DNA of 64,000 nucleotides from Eledone cirrhosa (Eukaryota): contig OZ024742.1 in assembly GCA_964016885.1 (NCBI GenBank), positions 263,562,001 to 263,626,000 of the forward strand, read 5' to 3'. Both the position numbers and the translations under genes were made by a program. Numbering within the stretch: position 1 is the stretch's first letter; each line of letters opens with the position of its first letter. This document shows positions 1 to 13,300 of the stretch, piece by piece. The notes under the pieces are model-generated. The model ran no database searches. It saw only the letters and a list, made by a program, of their open reading frames with translations, and had not been told where the DNA came from.

Positions 1-365
1 TCCCACGGTCCGACACCTCGAAATATCGACAAAATAAACTCATTTCTAATAAGTTGTTGCCTCGTTTTGGAGGACTGAGTTGTGGGAGAAGGAAGAAGAG
101 TAGTGGGGGGGGAGGGTTTAACATGCAGTAGTAGTATGTTCTATTCCCCCTCTCTCACTGAAACGTCTTCTCTTTCCTCCTCATTGTAAAGATGTTCCCA
201 GGGGTTACATTATTGATTTTTATTGAAATCCAATTAGCCAGTCCTGTTTCTGAATATTAGCTTAACATGTGTGTAAAGCTTCATCAGGATCGGATCACTG
301 GTATAGGCATCAACTGGTTATACACATATACACAGACAGACAGAAATTGCCATTTATATAGTAGA
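1..365 (-). mobile_element. Non-autonomous Helitron-like element, 5' end (runs off the window)
   Basis: Minus strand starts TCTACTATATAAATGGCAATTTCTGTCTGTCTGT. This is the same 5' architecture (TC, TATA-rich, TCTG microsatellite) as the Helitrons at 25858 and 51543. Confidence 0.5.
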
Positions 366-467
366 TATATATCCCAGATAGCAACTAGGCAGTTTAGATC
401 ATTACGCCAAGGGACCGTGACAGACTTACCGTCTTAAATTAGATAGCTGAATCACACCTTTCAGATG

Positions 468-503
468 TCAACAAACATCGTGTATACGGACTTTTAGATA
501 GCA
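468..503 (-). CDS. Candidate last coding exon of unknown host gene (CYLKVRIHDVC*); exon spans 430-503
   Basis: Acceptor tttatcttctcAG and donor ACG|GTAAGT. Phase-0 entry matches the upstream exon. The stop lies 38 nt before the junction. Confidence 0.5.
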   Translation of the reverse strand, partial: CYLKVRIHDVC

Positions 504-1518
504 CTGAGAAGATAAAGTTGATATAAAGTATGGTGTTCTCATGCGCGGCGGAGAAGCTATAAAATAGTAAAATAAAATAGGGTGAAGACACTTTAAAGAC
601 GATATCTAGGAGGTATGGGGTTTGATTCCTCATAGCGGCCGATGGCAACGTCTTTTTCCGACTTTAAAGGGTCTTCACTCTATTTTATAAACTTTTAACT
701 TTTGCTTCTCAGCTAAGTACACAATAATTTCATAAGTAGGCTGTTTCATTGTCCAAACAAATGGAACACTAATCGTCAAAATGACGAATGTTCATCAATA
801 CATACGAATTTATGTTTGAATGTATTTTATATTTGGTTTTGTGTGGGGTCTTAGTTTATTAAACTTCATCAGTTCTCTTTTGTTCTTAATATAATATGAT
901 TTAGAATTGGTAGAACGTCGTATAAAATGCCATTGTGCTTTGTGCTTACACTTTGTCTTACATCTTCCCCGAATCGATAAAATAAAGTACTGGAGCTGAT
1001 TTAATCAATTTTGCCCTTCACCCAAATTTACTACTGACATTGGGCCTAAATCATAAATCAATATAATGTTGTTTTTGTGAATTCATTTCAATTATATTGC
1101 CCTATATTTTAAAGATATATATCATTGCAGACATATGAAACACAACACAAGAAAATACGAAACCGATAGACTGCATTTCAGATACTTGATGCAGCCTAAA
1201 AGATGTTCTGTATTACATACAAAAATACTCACATATTATCTTTGATGTTATCTACACACATAAAAAAGACACTTGTCCCATACACACATTTGTGTACTCA
1301 CACGTGTTCACTCAAACACGTGTGCATGCAATCAATTTTTTCACATTACTAATATATCTCTCCTCTCTTTATATTCGTGTTCCGATCTCTCCTTCTTATG
1401 ATATACGTCCATTATTCCATTGTACTCTTTACAGTAAAAACACTCTTTCAGACACAATCTCTCCACTTCTCTAATCTCTAGCGTTCCGGCCAACATTTCA
1501 GCACAACATTATACTTAC

Positions 1519-1578
1519 ATCAGCGGGATCAGCAACAGAAGCTTGGAGTGTGGTTTGGTTGTCTTCAGTAGTATCACT
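1519..1578 (-). CDS. Candidate host-gene exon (SDTTEDNQTTLQASVADPAD)
   Basis: Acceptor ggttttattacAG, donor GAT|GTAAGT, 60 nt, phase 0-0, open frame. Confidence 0.6.
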
Positions 1579-1674
1579 CTGTAATAAAACCAGGCGCAAA
1601 CTGAGTACATGTGTTCGCATATAAAAATACACACATACATATACATACACATATATTCACACATATATATATAT

Positions 1675-2225
<551 letters not shown>

Positions 2226-3073
2226 ATATATATATATACATATATACATATATACTGTATATATATATCCGCATGTATGTGTGTCTGTATCTGTGCGTAT
2301 GTGGGAAAGTAAGAATGTGTATAATGTAAGGCAGAGAATAAACGAAAGAGTAACAGCGAGAATACTTGCTGCCGAAATCGACGGAGGATTCATTGACTTC
2401 ATTTACTTAAATTATGGTGGAGCTGATATAGGTGACACTCATGACGGTGACAGCAGTTGCAAACCCTATAAAATCCATGTACAGAAATTGAATCAGTTTT
2501 CGCCTGAAGATCGCAGTGAGGTGAAACCCGAGTTGTGAGACGAAAAAATTTCGTTTCAATACGTAATAGAATTAATTTATAGGAAGGAATGTCTATCTAG
2601 AGTGTTTCTGAAGACATGCTATTGCTATGATACTAAGAATAATTTTAATATGTATTTCATTTTGTTCATTGATCACATTGGTTTATTTTATGAGAGATTG
2701 CAGCTAAATTTGTATGCTTATGTTTTAGGTATTGGGCGTGTGTGTGTGTTTTTTGATGAGGAGAATGTAGTGTGTTTTATGTTTGAAAACATATATTAGT
2801 GGGTTAGTGAAAGTATGAAAGCCTCGTTGAATGCTTATAACATACACATATATGAACATACATATAAAGGAAGGTTTGCAACTCCAGGTGGTTCCGGCTT
2901 GTATTCCATATGAGCATATATATATATTGTTATACTTTGGGAGGGTCATGTTGCCAATAAGAAACACACGCACCAGTTGCTTTCACTTCAATTTATTATA
3001 TATTTATAAATTTACAAATTTATAAATTTCTGGTTGGTTGGTTGGTTCCACAACCAGATAGTTGTTTATATAT

Positions 3074-3118
3074 AGTCATAGTTCTTTCGTCACACACTCT
3101 GTGACCTCTTCAGTGACT
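3074..3118 (-). ncRNA. Minimal type-I hammerhead ribozyme in PLE family A pLTR
   Basis: AGTCA-CTGAAGA-G-GTCACA(gagtg)TGTGAC-GAAAG-aa-CTA-TGACT. Stems I and II pair and stem III is minimal. Confidence 0.7.
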
Positions 3119-3318
3119 GGGGATTCCTTTCTTTGTTTCTGTGCCTCTCCTTTGTTCTGTCCTACGCCATTTTGTTTCTGTGTGTGTGTTGTGTGCTCAG
3201 TCTGCGCATGCGCCACATCCGGGTGTCTGTGTGTGTTTATGTTCATTTATCTATTTGTTTATTTACATGTTACTGGTTGGTTGTTTGTTCTATGTGTGTG
3301 TGTGTTTTCATTTTGTCC

Positions 3319-4617
3319 TTAATTGTAAGTCGTGATGTTGCTGTTCCACTCATATTTTCTATTTAATTTTGGTTGTAATTCTTTTATGTTTATTGCCTCT
3401 GTAATTTGTCTAAACATTCCGTCTTTTCTGTGTTTAGATTCTATTTTTATTTCTATGTTCGCTAATTTGCCCTTGTGTTCTATCTTAGCATGTTGGTAGA
3501 GTACAGATGATTCTTTATTATCTTGAAGGTCTCACCAGTGTTCATTTATCCGTTCCCCTACACTACGAGCTGTCTCACCTATGTACACTATATTTTTGTC
3601 TCTACATTGTCCTTCAGTACATCTTATGCTATACACTACATTTCTAGTTTTACAGTTAATATGGGGGCTTATTTTACAGGTTACACATTTCTTATCTATA
3701 CATGAGGGTCTTTGAAAAGGGTATGTCTTGCTAATAAGTGTTTTTACGGAGGTACCTGGTCTTTCTACTATCTTAATATTGAGTTTATGTTTATTTAGGG
3801 CCCTTCTAAATTTGTAAGCTAGTTCACCTCTAGGGGTTGTATCGATGAACATTACACTCTGGTATTTATTGCTATCATACCATGAGTTTATTCTATTAGC
3901 CTTGTTCCTAGTTCTTTCTATTCTATTCCAAAATTTGCTCCTATACAAGGGGCAGGTCCCATTTATGTCATTATTTACCATTTTTTCCCATTTGGTTCTG
4001 GCTCCTCTATACACTCTGATTCTATCTCTCTGATTGTAGCCAGAGAACTGCATACGGTGGATGAAGTGTTGTATGTGTCTCTCTAGTTCTTCGGGGTTGC
4101 ACATGCGGGACACATTTCTCATCACCCGTACCAAATCCGCAATCAGTATGTTGATTTTGGTATGGTCCGAAATGGCCGAGTTTCGGTAGATCAGATGTTT
4201 GGAAGTCATGGGTTTGGCATAATGGGAATGGAGGATTTGTTTTTTGTTGTTAATGGTATCTAACCAGAGCTCTGTGTCTAGTACAGGTAATCGATGGTTG
4301 GGGTGTTTACTTGGGTAGTCTATAGTAACTCTAATGCTCTGGTGGATGGAGTTTGCTATTTGCTGGATGCTTTCCATTGTGCTTTTCTCTAGTTCCTGAC
4401 TGTTCTCTAGTGGGGGTGTCTTAACTACGATGTTTATATCATCTACGTAGCGGGAGTACATTATCAGGGTTAAGGGGTCTTCTAATTGTTCTTTAAGTTT
4501 AAGTTTAAGTCTACTGTCCCACCATACCATGAATAAGTTAGCTATGTCGCCTGCAATGCTAACACCAATGGCTGCTCCTTCCTCTTGGGCATATGTTTTT
4601 CCATTAAATTTGAACAT
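3319..4617 (-). pseudogene. PLE reverse transcriptase/GIY-YIG endonuclease, N-truncated, one in-frame TGA at 3532-3534
   Basis: The frame continues past the TGA: HW*DLQDNKESSVLYQHAKIEH...RQITEAINIKELQPKLNRKYEWNSNITTYN*. This is a typical GIY-YIG C-terminus. Confidence 0.88.
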
Positions 4618-4765
4618 GTAAAGTTCGGTGAAATCGTGAACGAGAGAGAATAAAGACCATCAAACCTAGTCGAAATGTGAGCAAGGAAAGAATTCCGCAG
4701 AGATCAAACGGGAGGAAGAAGGAGTCCAGTCCGTGAATTCGGTGAACATAAGTTCTGTGAAATCG

Positions 4766-4834
<69 letters not shown>

Positions 4835-4941
4835 GGTGACTCGTGTTACTCTGGAGTTTCACCACTTAGCCATAATAAATAAATATTCAAACTCTACTTC
4901 GGTATCGTGTACTTTTTCTAACTTCCGTCAATAATACATGG

Positions 4942-5022
<81 letters not shown>

Positions 5023-5331
5023 TGTATGTATGTATGTATGTATGTATGTATGTATGTATGTGTGTGTATGTGTCTGTGTGTGGACGGCGGCGTATACACA
5101 CATAGTCGCATTCATTTAGAGAAAAGTGGTAGAGAGATGGTGAATTAGCAGTAAAACCCTGAAAATATTTCTTAAAAATTTGAGATTCTTCACAGAACGA
5201 ATCTGTCGTATATATTACAGGGATAAACTAAATGCTTGAAGCTTCGAGTAGCAGTTTGTAAACAATATCTTGCTTTGGGGATTCTATGCCTTTAAATAGG
5301 AAAGGAAATAGACAACACCTTATTATCGTAC

Positions 5332-5449
5332 CTGCTTACGGAGGGGTAATGTTACCTTAGCTAACTTCAAATTGCATGGCTGCTCAAAACACAGCGTGGT
5401 TTGAAGCCTTTCACTGAACATAGTTAATACATACAGATTCCTTGTTCTG
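5332..5449 (-). CDS. Candidate host-gene exon ((N)[39 protein letters not shown])
   Basis: Acceptor tgtttatacAG, donor CAG|GTACGA, 118 nt. Phase 2 in and 0 out match the neighbouring exons. Only this frame is open. Confidence 0.55.
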
Positions 5450-5866
5450 CTGTATAAACATATATATATATATATATATATAGGTGTGTGTGTGTGTGTG
5501 TGCGTGCGCGCGCGCGTGTGTGTATATATATATAAATATATATATATATGTATGTATATATGTATGCATGTATATATATATATATATACATATGTTGGCG
5601 AAAAGTAAATAGATAAACAACACAAAAAAAAAACGATATATACGCATTTACATATATGTATATGCATGTATGTGTATTCATACACAACCACACATGCATA
5701 TTTATATATGTATCTATTTATATATTACATAATGTGAGTGTATATATTTTATATGTATGTGTGAGTGTATGCTGTAATGTTCTTTAGCATGTATATTTCG
5801 AATATTTCTAAAAGAATTTTTTGCTACCCATCCGCTAACGTAACCACTTTCGTGACACCGCCACCA

Positions 5867-5990
<124 letters not shown>

Positions 5991-6718
5991 TCTCATCTCA
6001 CCGATTGCAGTTTTTGAAGCGTTGTTGTGTTAACAAATTTCGTCTTGTGCCGTCGTGGAGTACATTCAATGCGGTGAAGTTGGTCTTTTAAAAATCATTT
6101 TTTAACTCTTTAGTGAGGGAGAGCAGGGCAGTTCTTATGACCGATTTCAGGGTCTTCGAGTTTGGTGGGAAGGAGAACGGGAAGAAGATATCCTCACGAC
6201 GGTGATCTGTCCCGAATGCTTCCAATAGAGTACATTATGCTGCGACCAGGTGTTAGTTTTAAACCCGGTGACAGATTAAATCTATTGCCCAAATTGGTTC
6301 TGAACACAAAACACCTTAACAAATACAACACGCACCTTGTCCGATGTTTTAACTATTTTTGTTAATTTATTGCCCTGGATGTTACTTTATTTTATCGACC
6401 CCGATGAAAGACAAAGTTAATTCTAGTGCGAATTGAACTAAAAATACAACGAACGGAATAAATATCGCAAAACATTTCGTCTTATGCTTTAACGACTCTG
6501 CTAATTCACCGATTACTACGATTGAAAATGTCGGATATAAAGATGAAGTGAAAAAATTATATTCACCAGCGCAATACATGCAAGCTTAAGTCTTTAAATG
6601 AACTGTCACATCGGTTCGATTCTTCTATCACAACTACACCTGTCTCGCCTCCCCCGAATTAGCTTGTATATCATTGTACCCTCTAGGCTGTGTTTCGCAG
6701 CAAGCGGATAAGAAATTA

Positions 6719-6899
6719 GTTGTTTCCACTTTTGGCACAAGGCCAGCAATTAACCAGTGTATTACTGGTACTTTATTTTATCGACCCCATAAGGATGAAA
6801 GGCAAAGTTAACCTCGGCGGGATTTGAACTCAGAATGAAAAGGGCCGTAACTCTATGCGTCAAAGCATGGCGTCCGACCCTCTACCGATACTGCCAATC
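6719..6899 (-). mobile_element. tRNA-derived SINE (major family of this window) with 17-18 bp TSD
   Basis: A-box TGGCAGTATCGG, B-box GAGTTCAAATCC, core GCCTTTCATCCTT..GGGGTCGATAAAATAAAGTACCAG. TSD caagcggataagaaatta at 6701-6718 and 6900-6917. Confidence 0.9.
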
Positions 6900-8289
6900 C
6901 AAGCGGATAAGAAATTAATGTGCTTAAAATAGCTTCAACGCTTCTGGTTTCCTGTCACAACTGAAACTTGTTGGCCTCGACTTCGGCGATAATAGGCATC
7001 TTGGTGGCATAGCATTTTCCCAGTTTGAGTTGGATAAGTTGCTCAGCTAGAACGCCATGTACTGTGAGATATTCGTTGCTGCCAACCTTGTCGTGTTGTA
7101 TAAAACCTCGGGTGTTCCCATTTCCAATGCAGAGGAGTGAAAGATGAATAAATACCAGTCATTAACGAGGGGGTCCCTTTCGCGTCTGTTGCTCTTAAGA
7201 CTTCCATTGACCTCGGTTCCCCGATTGCTGCGCTCCTCCGCCAAATCCGGATGAGAGCATCGCGCCTAAGGAATGGAATGTCTGACAGCAGATATTGCTG
7301 GTTGTTACTATCTTGCATGTGGGATCTAACTGGGATATGCTATTTAACTGAGAGTTTGGTGTTTCCTTGTTTTTCTTTTTATTTTGTTGTGTATATTTGA
7401 AAAATGTTACACCCTCTTACAAAAATGAATCATTAGTTTGCACATATCTTTGTCACATTAATGACAAAAAGGCAAAACAAGAATTTTGCACATGTTGACG
7501 AGTAAAAACTAGAGGGAACATTAACTCTTATCAGACCCACTTGAAACACATACTCTCTAAGTGGTCACCCGAATTCTTGGAAATGGCAACCAAATTCACT
7601 CGAGATACCCTACCGTCAGTCATCGTTGGAACCCGTTTCATGATATGTTTACAGAGCTGAGCCTGAGTCAAGCAATAATTATAGTGGTTCAATTATCATG
7701 ACCAATCCTTCCTCTACAGAGCTTCAAATACCTGGAATTATTTTCTTGTACACGCTTTTGTTTCTTTGAAAACGTTAAACTGAAGATCAATCATATCGAT
7801 TTCACCAATTTTGAGGAAGAGGTTTGTGAAGAAAATGAGTTCTGACTCTTATTTCTGATTAAACTACGATTATTAGGGAGTGAAACAAGAATGGAACCCA
7901 TGTCATATTGTTAACTCGCTATGAGGTTTTAACTTTAATCATAGTTCTGTATAATGAGGATTGATCTATGGTTCTATAATAAACCACAACATCAACGATG
8001 AATATTCAAGTTGTTCGATCAATTTAATTACTTACTCGTTGTGTAAGTAGCTGAGTATTCCACAGGCACTGGTACTGATTATTGTGCTTCTTAGACAGAA
8101 TCAGCGAGACACATTACGAAACAAGACGCGCATTCACGTATCAATACAGTTCAGACTTATACAGGACTAAAGCTGTTTCATTCGTATTAAATCATCAGGA
8201 ATGAAACAGCACTTGTTCTGTAGATGTTATTTCTATATAAAATAGATATGCTTCTTTTAAACTAACGTATTGAGTTCCTTATTTAACTG

Positions 8290-8760
8290 TGGTTTCCGAT
8301 CCTCTTCGGAAAATCATCTTTAATTTTTATATGTATATCGTCAATTCATCTGAATGGAGGCCTTCCGAGTGGTAGTTTCCGTTTGCACTGGTATCTCTCA
8401 ATAACCGCACGAATCCACCGATTATCTGGGAACCATGTGACATGTCCGGCCCACCTGTGTTTGTTTAAAAGGTACTCGGCGATAACGTCCTTCACTCCGG
8501 TTCTTTCCCTGATCTGCTCGTTTCAGGTGTGATTTCTTAAGGAGATTCCCAACATCGACCTTTCCATGGTTCTTTGTGCCGTTACTAACTGCTGTTCTCC
8601 CTTCTTCGTCGTCACCCGTGTTTCACTTGCACATCCTTCTCTGAGTTAAACGCTCTCCGGCCTGATCTTATTCTCAGCGAAATCTCATTATTCATGTCAC
8701 GTCCCATTATAAAGAGTATATTTGAACCGCAATGAAGAAGGAAGGCAAGGTCAAGAATGG
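8290..8760 (-). mobile_element. Old RTE-clade LINE 3' fragment
   Basis: Minus-strand translation gives RWAGHVTWFPDNRW...GRPPFR, the RTE C-terminal W-GH/GRP motif. Confidence 0.6.
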
Positions 8761-9396
8761 ATGAAATGCTGCAGCCAGCAAATTCAAAGTCTGGTCGGTC
8801 AAGTTAATCAAGGTGATATATATATGTATTAGAATATGGATATGCGGTGCACATTATGGTCTGTCGGTTGTGAAGCAGGTAAAAAGAAGCGCTCAACGAC
8901 ATGTATAAATGGTGCAAGCCGGAGCATTATATATCATTAAAAGATCGGAGGTCATAATCAGTTGATTCAGGTTTATTTAAAACTCCGTTATACACATTTC
9001 ACTGATGACTATCAGTTATGATAACCTGAGCTCTTTAGACGGCAAAACCTATGACACTTGAAAAATGTCCTAAAAAAAGTCTTTAAATTAAAAAAAAATT
9101 AAAAAAACTTCCTCGAAAATATTTTTCCATGATACAGGGGGACCGCCGAACGTATGATCTTGTTTCTTCGACGGCCGGCTAAATAGCCACTGTTACAACC
9201 GAAAACCTACTAATTTAAATCTACTAATTTAAAATTTAACAATTTTCATTAGGAGTATTAACACAATAATTTAATTTAATTAATGACATAACAAGATTTC
9301 ATGTCATTGCACCTATATAATTGTACAAACACGCATAATATGGGGATACATTTTGACTCGACAATTTCTTACCCTTAAATTATTGTATATATATAA

Positions 9397-9650
9397 CCAA
9401 AGTATCGTCTTCCTGTTTTTCTTCGGTTGCAACGTTTTTCGAAATATTTACTTCTGCGTTCACAGATTGATTTTTTTAGTTTCAGAAGATCCAGTTAAGG
9501 GTGAAAGCAACGATTCTTTGCTTAAACTTTAATCTGTTATTTTAATAAATATTTACTCTAGGGTTCTTATATATTTGATATATATTTATCCTTATCGAGC
9601 CCTCTTTGGATTTTAGTCTTCAAATTTATTATTATTACTTTATTATTATT
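9397..9650 (+). mobile_element. Non-coding repeat family C with HHR-like motif (other copies at 25020-25227 and 51885-52374)
   Basis: Near-identical sequence at three loci, with (TA)n/(TAT)n flanks. HHR-like fold at 9462-9537. Confidence 0.65.
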
Positions 9651-9654
9651 ATTA

Positions 9655-10335
9655 TAGTTGCATTTATCTTGCTTTATGTTCATACGAGTTATCACCAAGT
9701 CACAAATAGTGACCTCAAGAGACAACAAGGTCCACCATGTTCAAGAAAGAACATACATACACACAGATGCATCTTTAGGTGTTTCGACTTGTGATGTACT
9801 TATATTGACAGAATCTTCCTTAGTATATGGGCAGTTCCCATTAGTACTATCTTTTGTTTTTCTCCTATACGCGGGTTTCCTGGGATTTGCGATAAGTAAT
9901 CATTAGACCCCTTAGGTATCATTCCTAGAGCGCCTACAACCACTGGTATTGTTTTAGTTCTCAATTTCCACATTTTTCCAATTTCTATCTCCAGGTCCTT
10001 ATACTTGCTCAATTTTTCAAATGTTTTTATAGATACATTCTTGTCTATTGGAACGGACATATCAATTAGCAGGCATACCCTCTTTTTAAAGTCTTTCAGT
10101 ATTATATCAGGTCTATTTGCATCTATTTTTCGGTCTGTTTGGATGCTAAAGTTCCACAAGATTGAGATGTGATCTTTTTCAAGTATGGGAGGTGGTTGAT
10201 GCTCCCACCAATTCTTTTGATGGGGCAGGTCAAAATGCTTACACATTATCCAATGTATGTATTGTGCAGCTCTGTCATGCCTGTTTATGTATTCGGTTGG
10301 AGCTATAGGACTGCACATTGAAATTATATGATCAA
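9655..10335 (-). mobile_element. Dong/R4-clade LINE 3' fragment (RLE domain), older family
   Basis: HIISMC..YINRHD..ILWNFSIQTD..NRPDIIL..IDMSVP..KLSKYKDL..PVVVGALG. The 3' end abuts (TAA)n. Confidence 0.85.
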
Positions 10336-10364
10336 TTATTATTATTATTATTGTTATTGTTATT

Positions 10365-13300
10365 CCTTGAATCTCAGTCATTGATGTTGGTTAACTGGAA
10401 AGTCCGTTGGATTGAATATCAAGCCACTACCTGAAGCCTCAGATATTCAGGACGTATCGGAGGGTTCTTGCTGTTCCAAGCAAGCATGCCTTTTGAAGCG
10501 TTCCAAAAAGCGTGAAGGGGCCGATTTTCTTTAACCATCTCTGGAAACTTTTGGAGATAGTCCCCAGTGCGCCTATGACAATCGGGATCACTTTGACTTC
10601 ATGGCAGTTCCAAATCCTTTTCACCTCCCACTTTAGGTCCTGGTATCGGTTAATTTTCTCCCTCTCCTTCTCTTGCACTCTCGTGTCGAACGGGCAGGCC
10701 ACATCCACAATCAGGCACGATCTTTTTTCTTTGTCCACAACCACCAGGTCAGGTCTATTGTGTTCCAGTTTTTTGTCCGTCTGTATCCTAAAATCCCACA
10801 GCACCTTCACCTGATTGTTCTCCATCACCGCCTCTGGCCTATGCTCATACCATTTCTCAGAATGTGGTAAATTGTTTACTTTGCACAGGTGCCAGTGGAT
10901 CACCCTGCCTATCACATCGTGTCTCCAACCCTTATAGTGGGTCTGGGCTAGGTGTTTACACTCGGACACAATGTGAGCCACAGTCTCCTCTCTCTCTCCA
11001 CAGATCCTGCACAGTGGGCTAGCCTCCTCCTTGTAGATATGGTGCTTCAACCACTTCGTTTTGAGGGCCTGCTCCTGCGCAGCCATTAGCATTCCTTCTG
11101 TAGCCTTTTTGAGGTCTCCTCTTCTCAACCAGTTCCATGTCTGTGGATCTCTAAATTCAGTTTTCTCAAAGAAGGTACTATGAAGGGATTTTCCCTTAAG
11201 GCTGCTCTTCCTCCTTGATGTTATTTCCTCCTTGGACATCCCCTGGCCTACTGTCCCCTCCTTCAGTACAGTTCTGAGCATTGGCTCCTTACTATAGGTC
11301 ACGTATTTGTATAGGTTGTTTTTCTCCATCTGAACACAGTCCTCTATGCTGATAAGACCTCTTCCACCCTCAGATCTCCTTAGGTAGAGTCTATCGATAT
11401 CACTCCTCTTGTGGAACATGTTGTAGATAGTCAATAGCTTCCTAGTCTTCCTATCCATTTCTTTTTGTTCAGCAACATTCCATCTCAGAATTCCCGCACT
11501 GTACCTAATAATAGACACAGCTCGGGAATTTACTGCGCTTATGGCATTTCTGCTGTTCAGATGTGACTTCAATACGCTCCTTACTCTCCGAATGTATTCA
11601 GTTCTTAACAATTCCTTCATTTTTTTGTTCTTTATGCCATCAGCCTCCAGAACGCCCAAATACTTGTATCCTTCCTCAGAGTCAATTTCCTTTATCATCT
11701 CACCTGTTGGTATCTGGATCCCGTTACTTCTGCTCAACCTACCCCTCTTCATCACAATGACTCCACATTTACCAATATCAAACTGCATACATATATCACT
11801 GCTGAAAATACGGACAGTGTCAACAAGCACATCCAACTCCTTCTCACTTTTCCCGAAGAGCTTAAGATCGTCCATGAAGAGGAGGTGATTGATGGTAAGC
11901 TCTCCCCTTCCCAACTTGTATCCTGCTCTCACTTTTCGCAGCATAATGGTCAAGGGCATCAGGGCAAGGACAAACAACAGAGCGGACAGGCTATCTCCCT
12001 GGAAGATACCTCTCTTGATCTTCACGCTTCCCAAGGATACTCCAGTTGATGTCAACTCTGTCTCCCAGGACCCCATACTCCTGCCTAGCAACTGTCTGAT
12101 GTTATCTGCCACCCTGAAGATCTCCAGGCTTTTGGTGATCCAGGAATGAGGCACCATGTCAAATGCCTTTCTGTAGTCTATCCATCCCATGGCAAGATCA
12201 GTGTGTCTCCTCCTGCAATTCCCCATTACCATCTTATCAATAAGTAACTGGCCCTTTGTACCACGTGACTTCTTTCGGCATCCTTTCTGTTCGTCCGGTA
12301 ATAAGTTGTTTGTGTGGAGGTGATGGTAGATTTCCTCAGACACAATGCTCGTCAACAGTTTCCACATTACGGACAGACATGTGATAGGTCTATAGTTGGT
12401 AACATCATTACCCTTGATTCGGTCTTTCATTATCAGAACTGTGGTACCTTTTGTCAACCACTCTGGCACCTCACCCGACACCAAGCAGTCATTGAACATG
12501 GCCGTCAGCTTCGGGTGGAGGGATGTTAAATGTTTAATCCAATACCCCTGCACACCATCTGGGCCTGGTGATTTCCAGTTGGTTAGTTTTTTGGCTTGCC
12601 CCTTAAGAGTTTCAACTGTGATACTCAAATCAGTTTGTTGCTGTGCCTGCTCACCGATCTCCCTCTGTACTGTCTCAATCCACCCTGCCTGGGCATTGTG
12701 TCTAACATCCTGCTCCCATATTCCTCTCCAGAATGTTTTAGTTTGTTCCGCCCCAGGGATCAAGTCGTTGCCTCTTTCTTTCCCCTCAAGCTGTCCAAAC
12801 AGCATCTTCTGGTTGTTGTCGAACATGCGGTTCTGTTTATACTGACTGACTCTGTTCTCGTATCGCCTGATTTTTGCACTCTTTGCTACAATGCGTTGCT
12901 TCAATTCCTCTATGATAATATTTAGCTTTTTACTCCTAGTTTTGTATTTTATTTCCAGTCTATTTTTAGTGCCTATGTTTTTTAGTGTCCCATTCAGTAG
13001 TGACTCAAGCTTTCCTATGTCATTTCTCATTTCCCCGATTTGCCCACTCAGTCGCTTCTTCCACCACGGCTCTGCTCTTTCTTGTCTGTTGTTTCCTCTC
13101 GCTTTTATACCAAGTAGTTTCCTCACCGTATTTGCTGTTGCTTTGAGGATATCGTTGCACTGGTGAAGGCTCCTCACCTCAAGGTATGGGATGACTTTGT
13201 TTACCTTAGCTGTTGTTTCTTTTAACTTTTTCCTGTCTACAAATCTTAGGTTCATAGGTCTCCCACTATCATTGTTCAATTCATCTACCACTAAATTTAG

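Larger units (their letters stand above)
2926..4620 (-). mobile_element. 5'-truncated Penelope-like element (RT plus C-terminal GIY-YIG) with 3' pseudo-LTR, family A
   Basis: ORF has RT motifs GAAIG..IANLFM and RYVDD, then CxxC, VVYSIRC..YIGETAR..ERINEH. The 3' UTR is repeated at 19330, 19620, 32000 and 42215. Ends in (TA)n. Confidence 0.9.

Noticed and set aside
468-470. TGA in exon 430-503 as selenocysteine read-through
   Set aside because: A normal stop 38 nt before the last junction is compatible with NMD escape, and there is no supporting evidence for recoding.
2495-2548. HHR-like CTGAAGA…GAAAC; similar weak cases at 4836-4865, 9002, 45578-45610 and 50745-50780
   Set aside because: Stem II or the cleavage triplet is not satisfied. 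They may be decayed copies but cannot be supported.
3532-3534. In-frame TGA in the PLE GIY-YIG domain as selenocysteine (some Naiad PLEs are selenoproteins)
   Set aside because: It is a single TGA at a non-Cys-like position (EHW*DL), most simply CGA to TGA. The element has a C-terminal endonuclease, unlike Naiads, and I saw no SECIS.
6920-7320. Coding-looking GC-richer segment (ORFs 7043-7318)
   Set aside because: No recognisable motif and no fitting splice sites. Possibly an old TE remnant.
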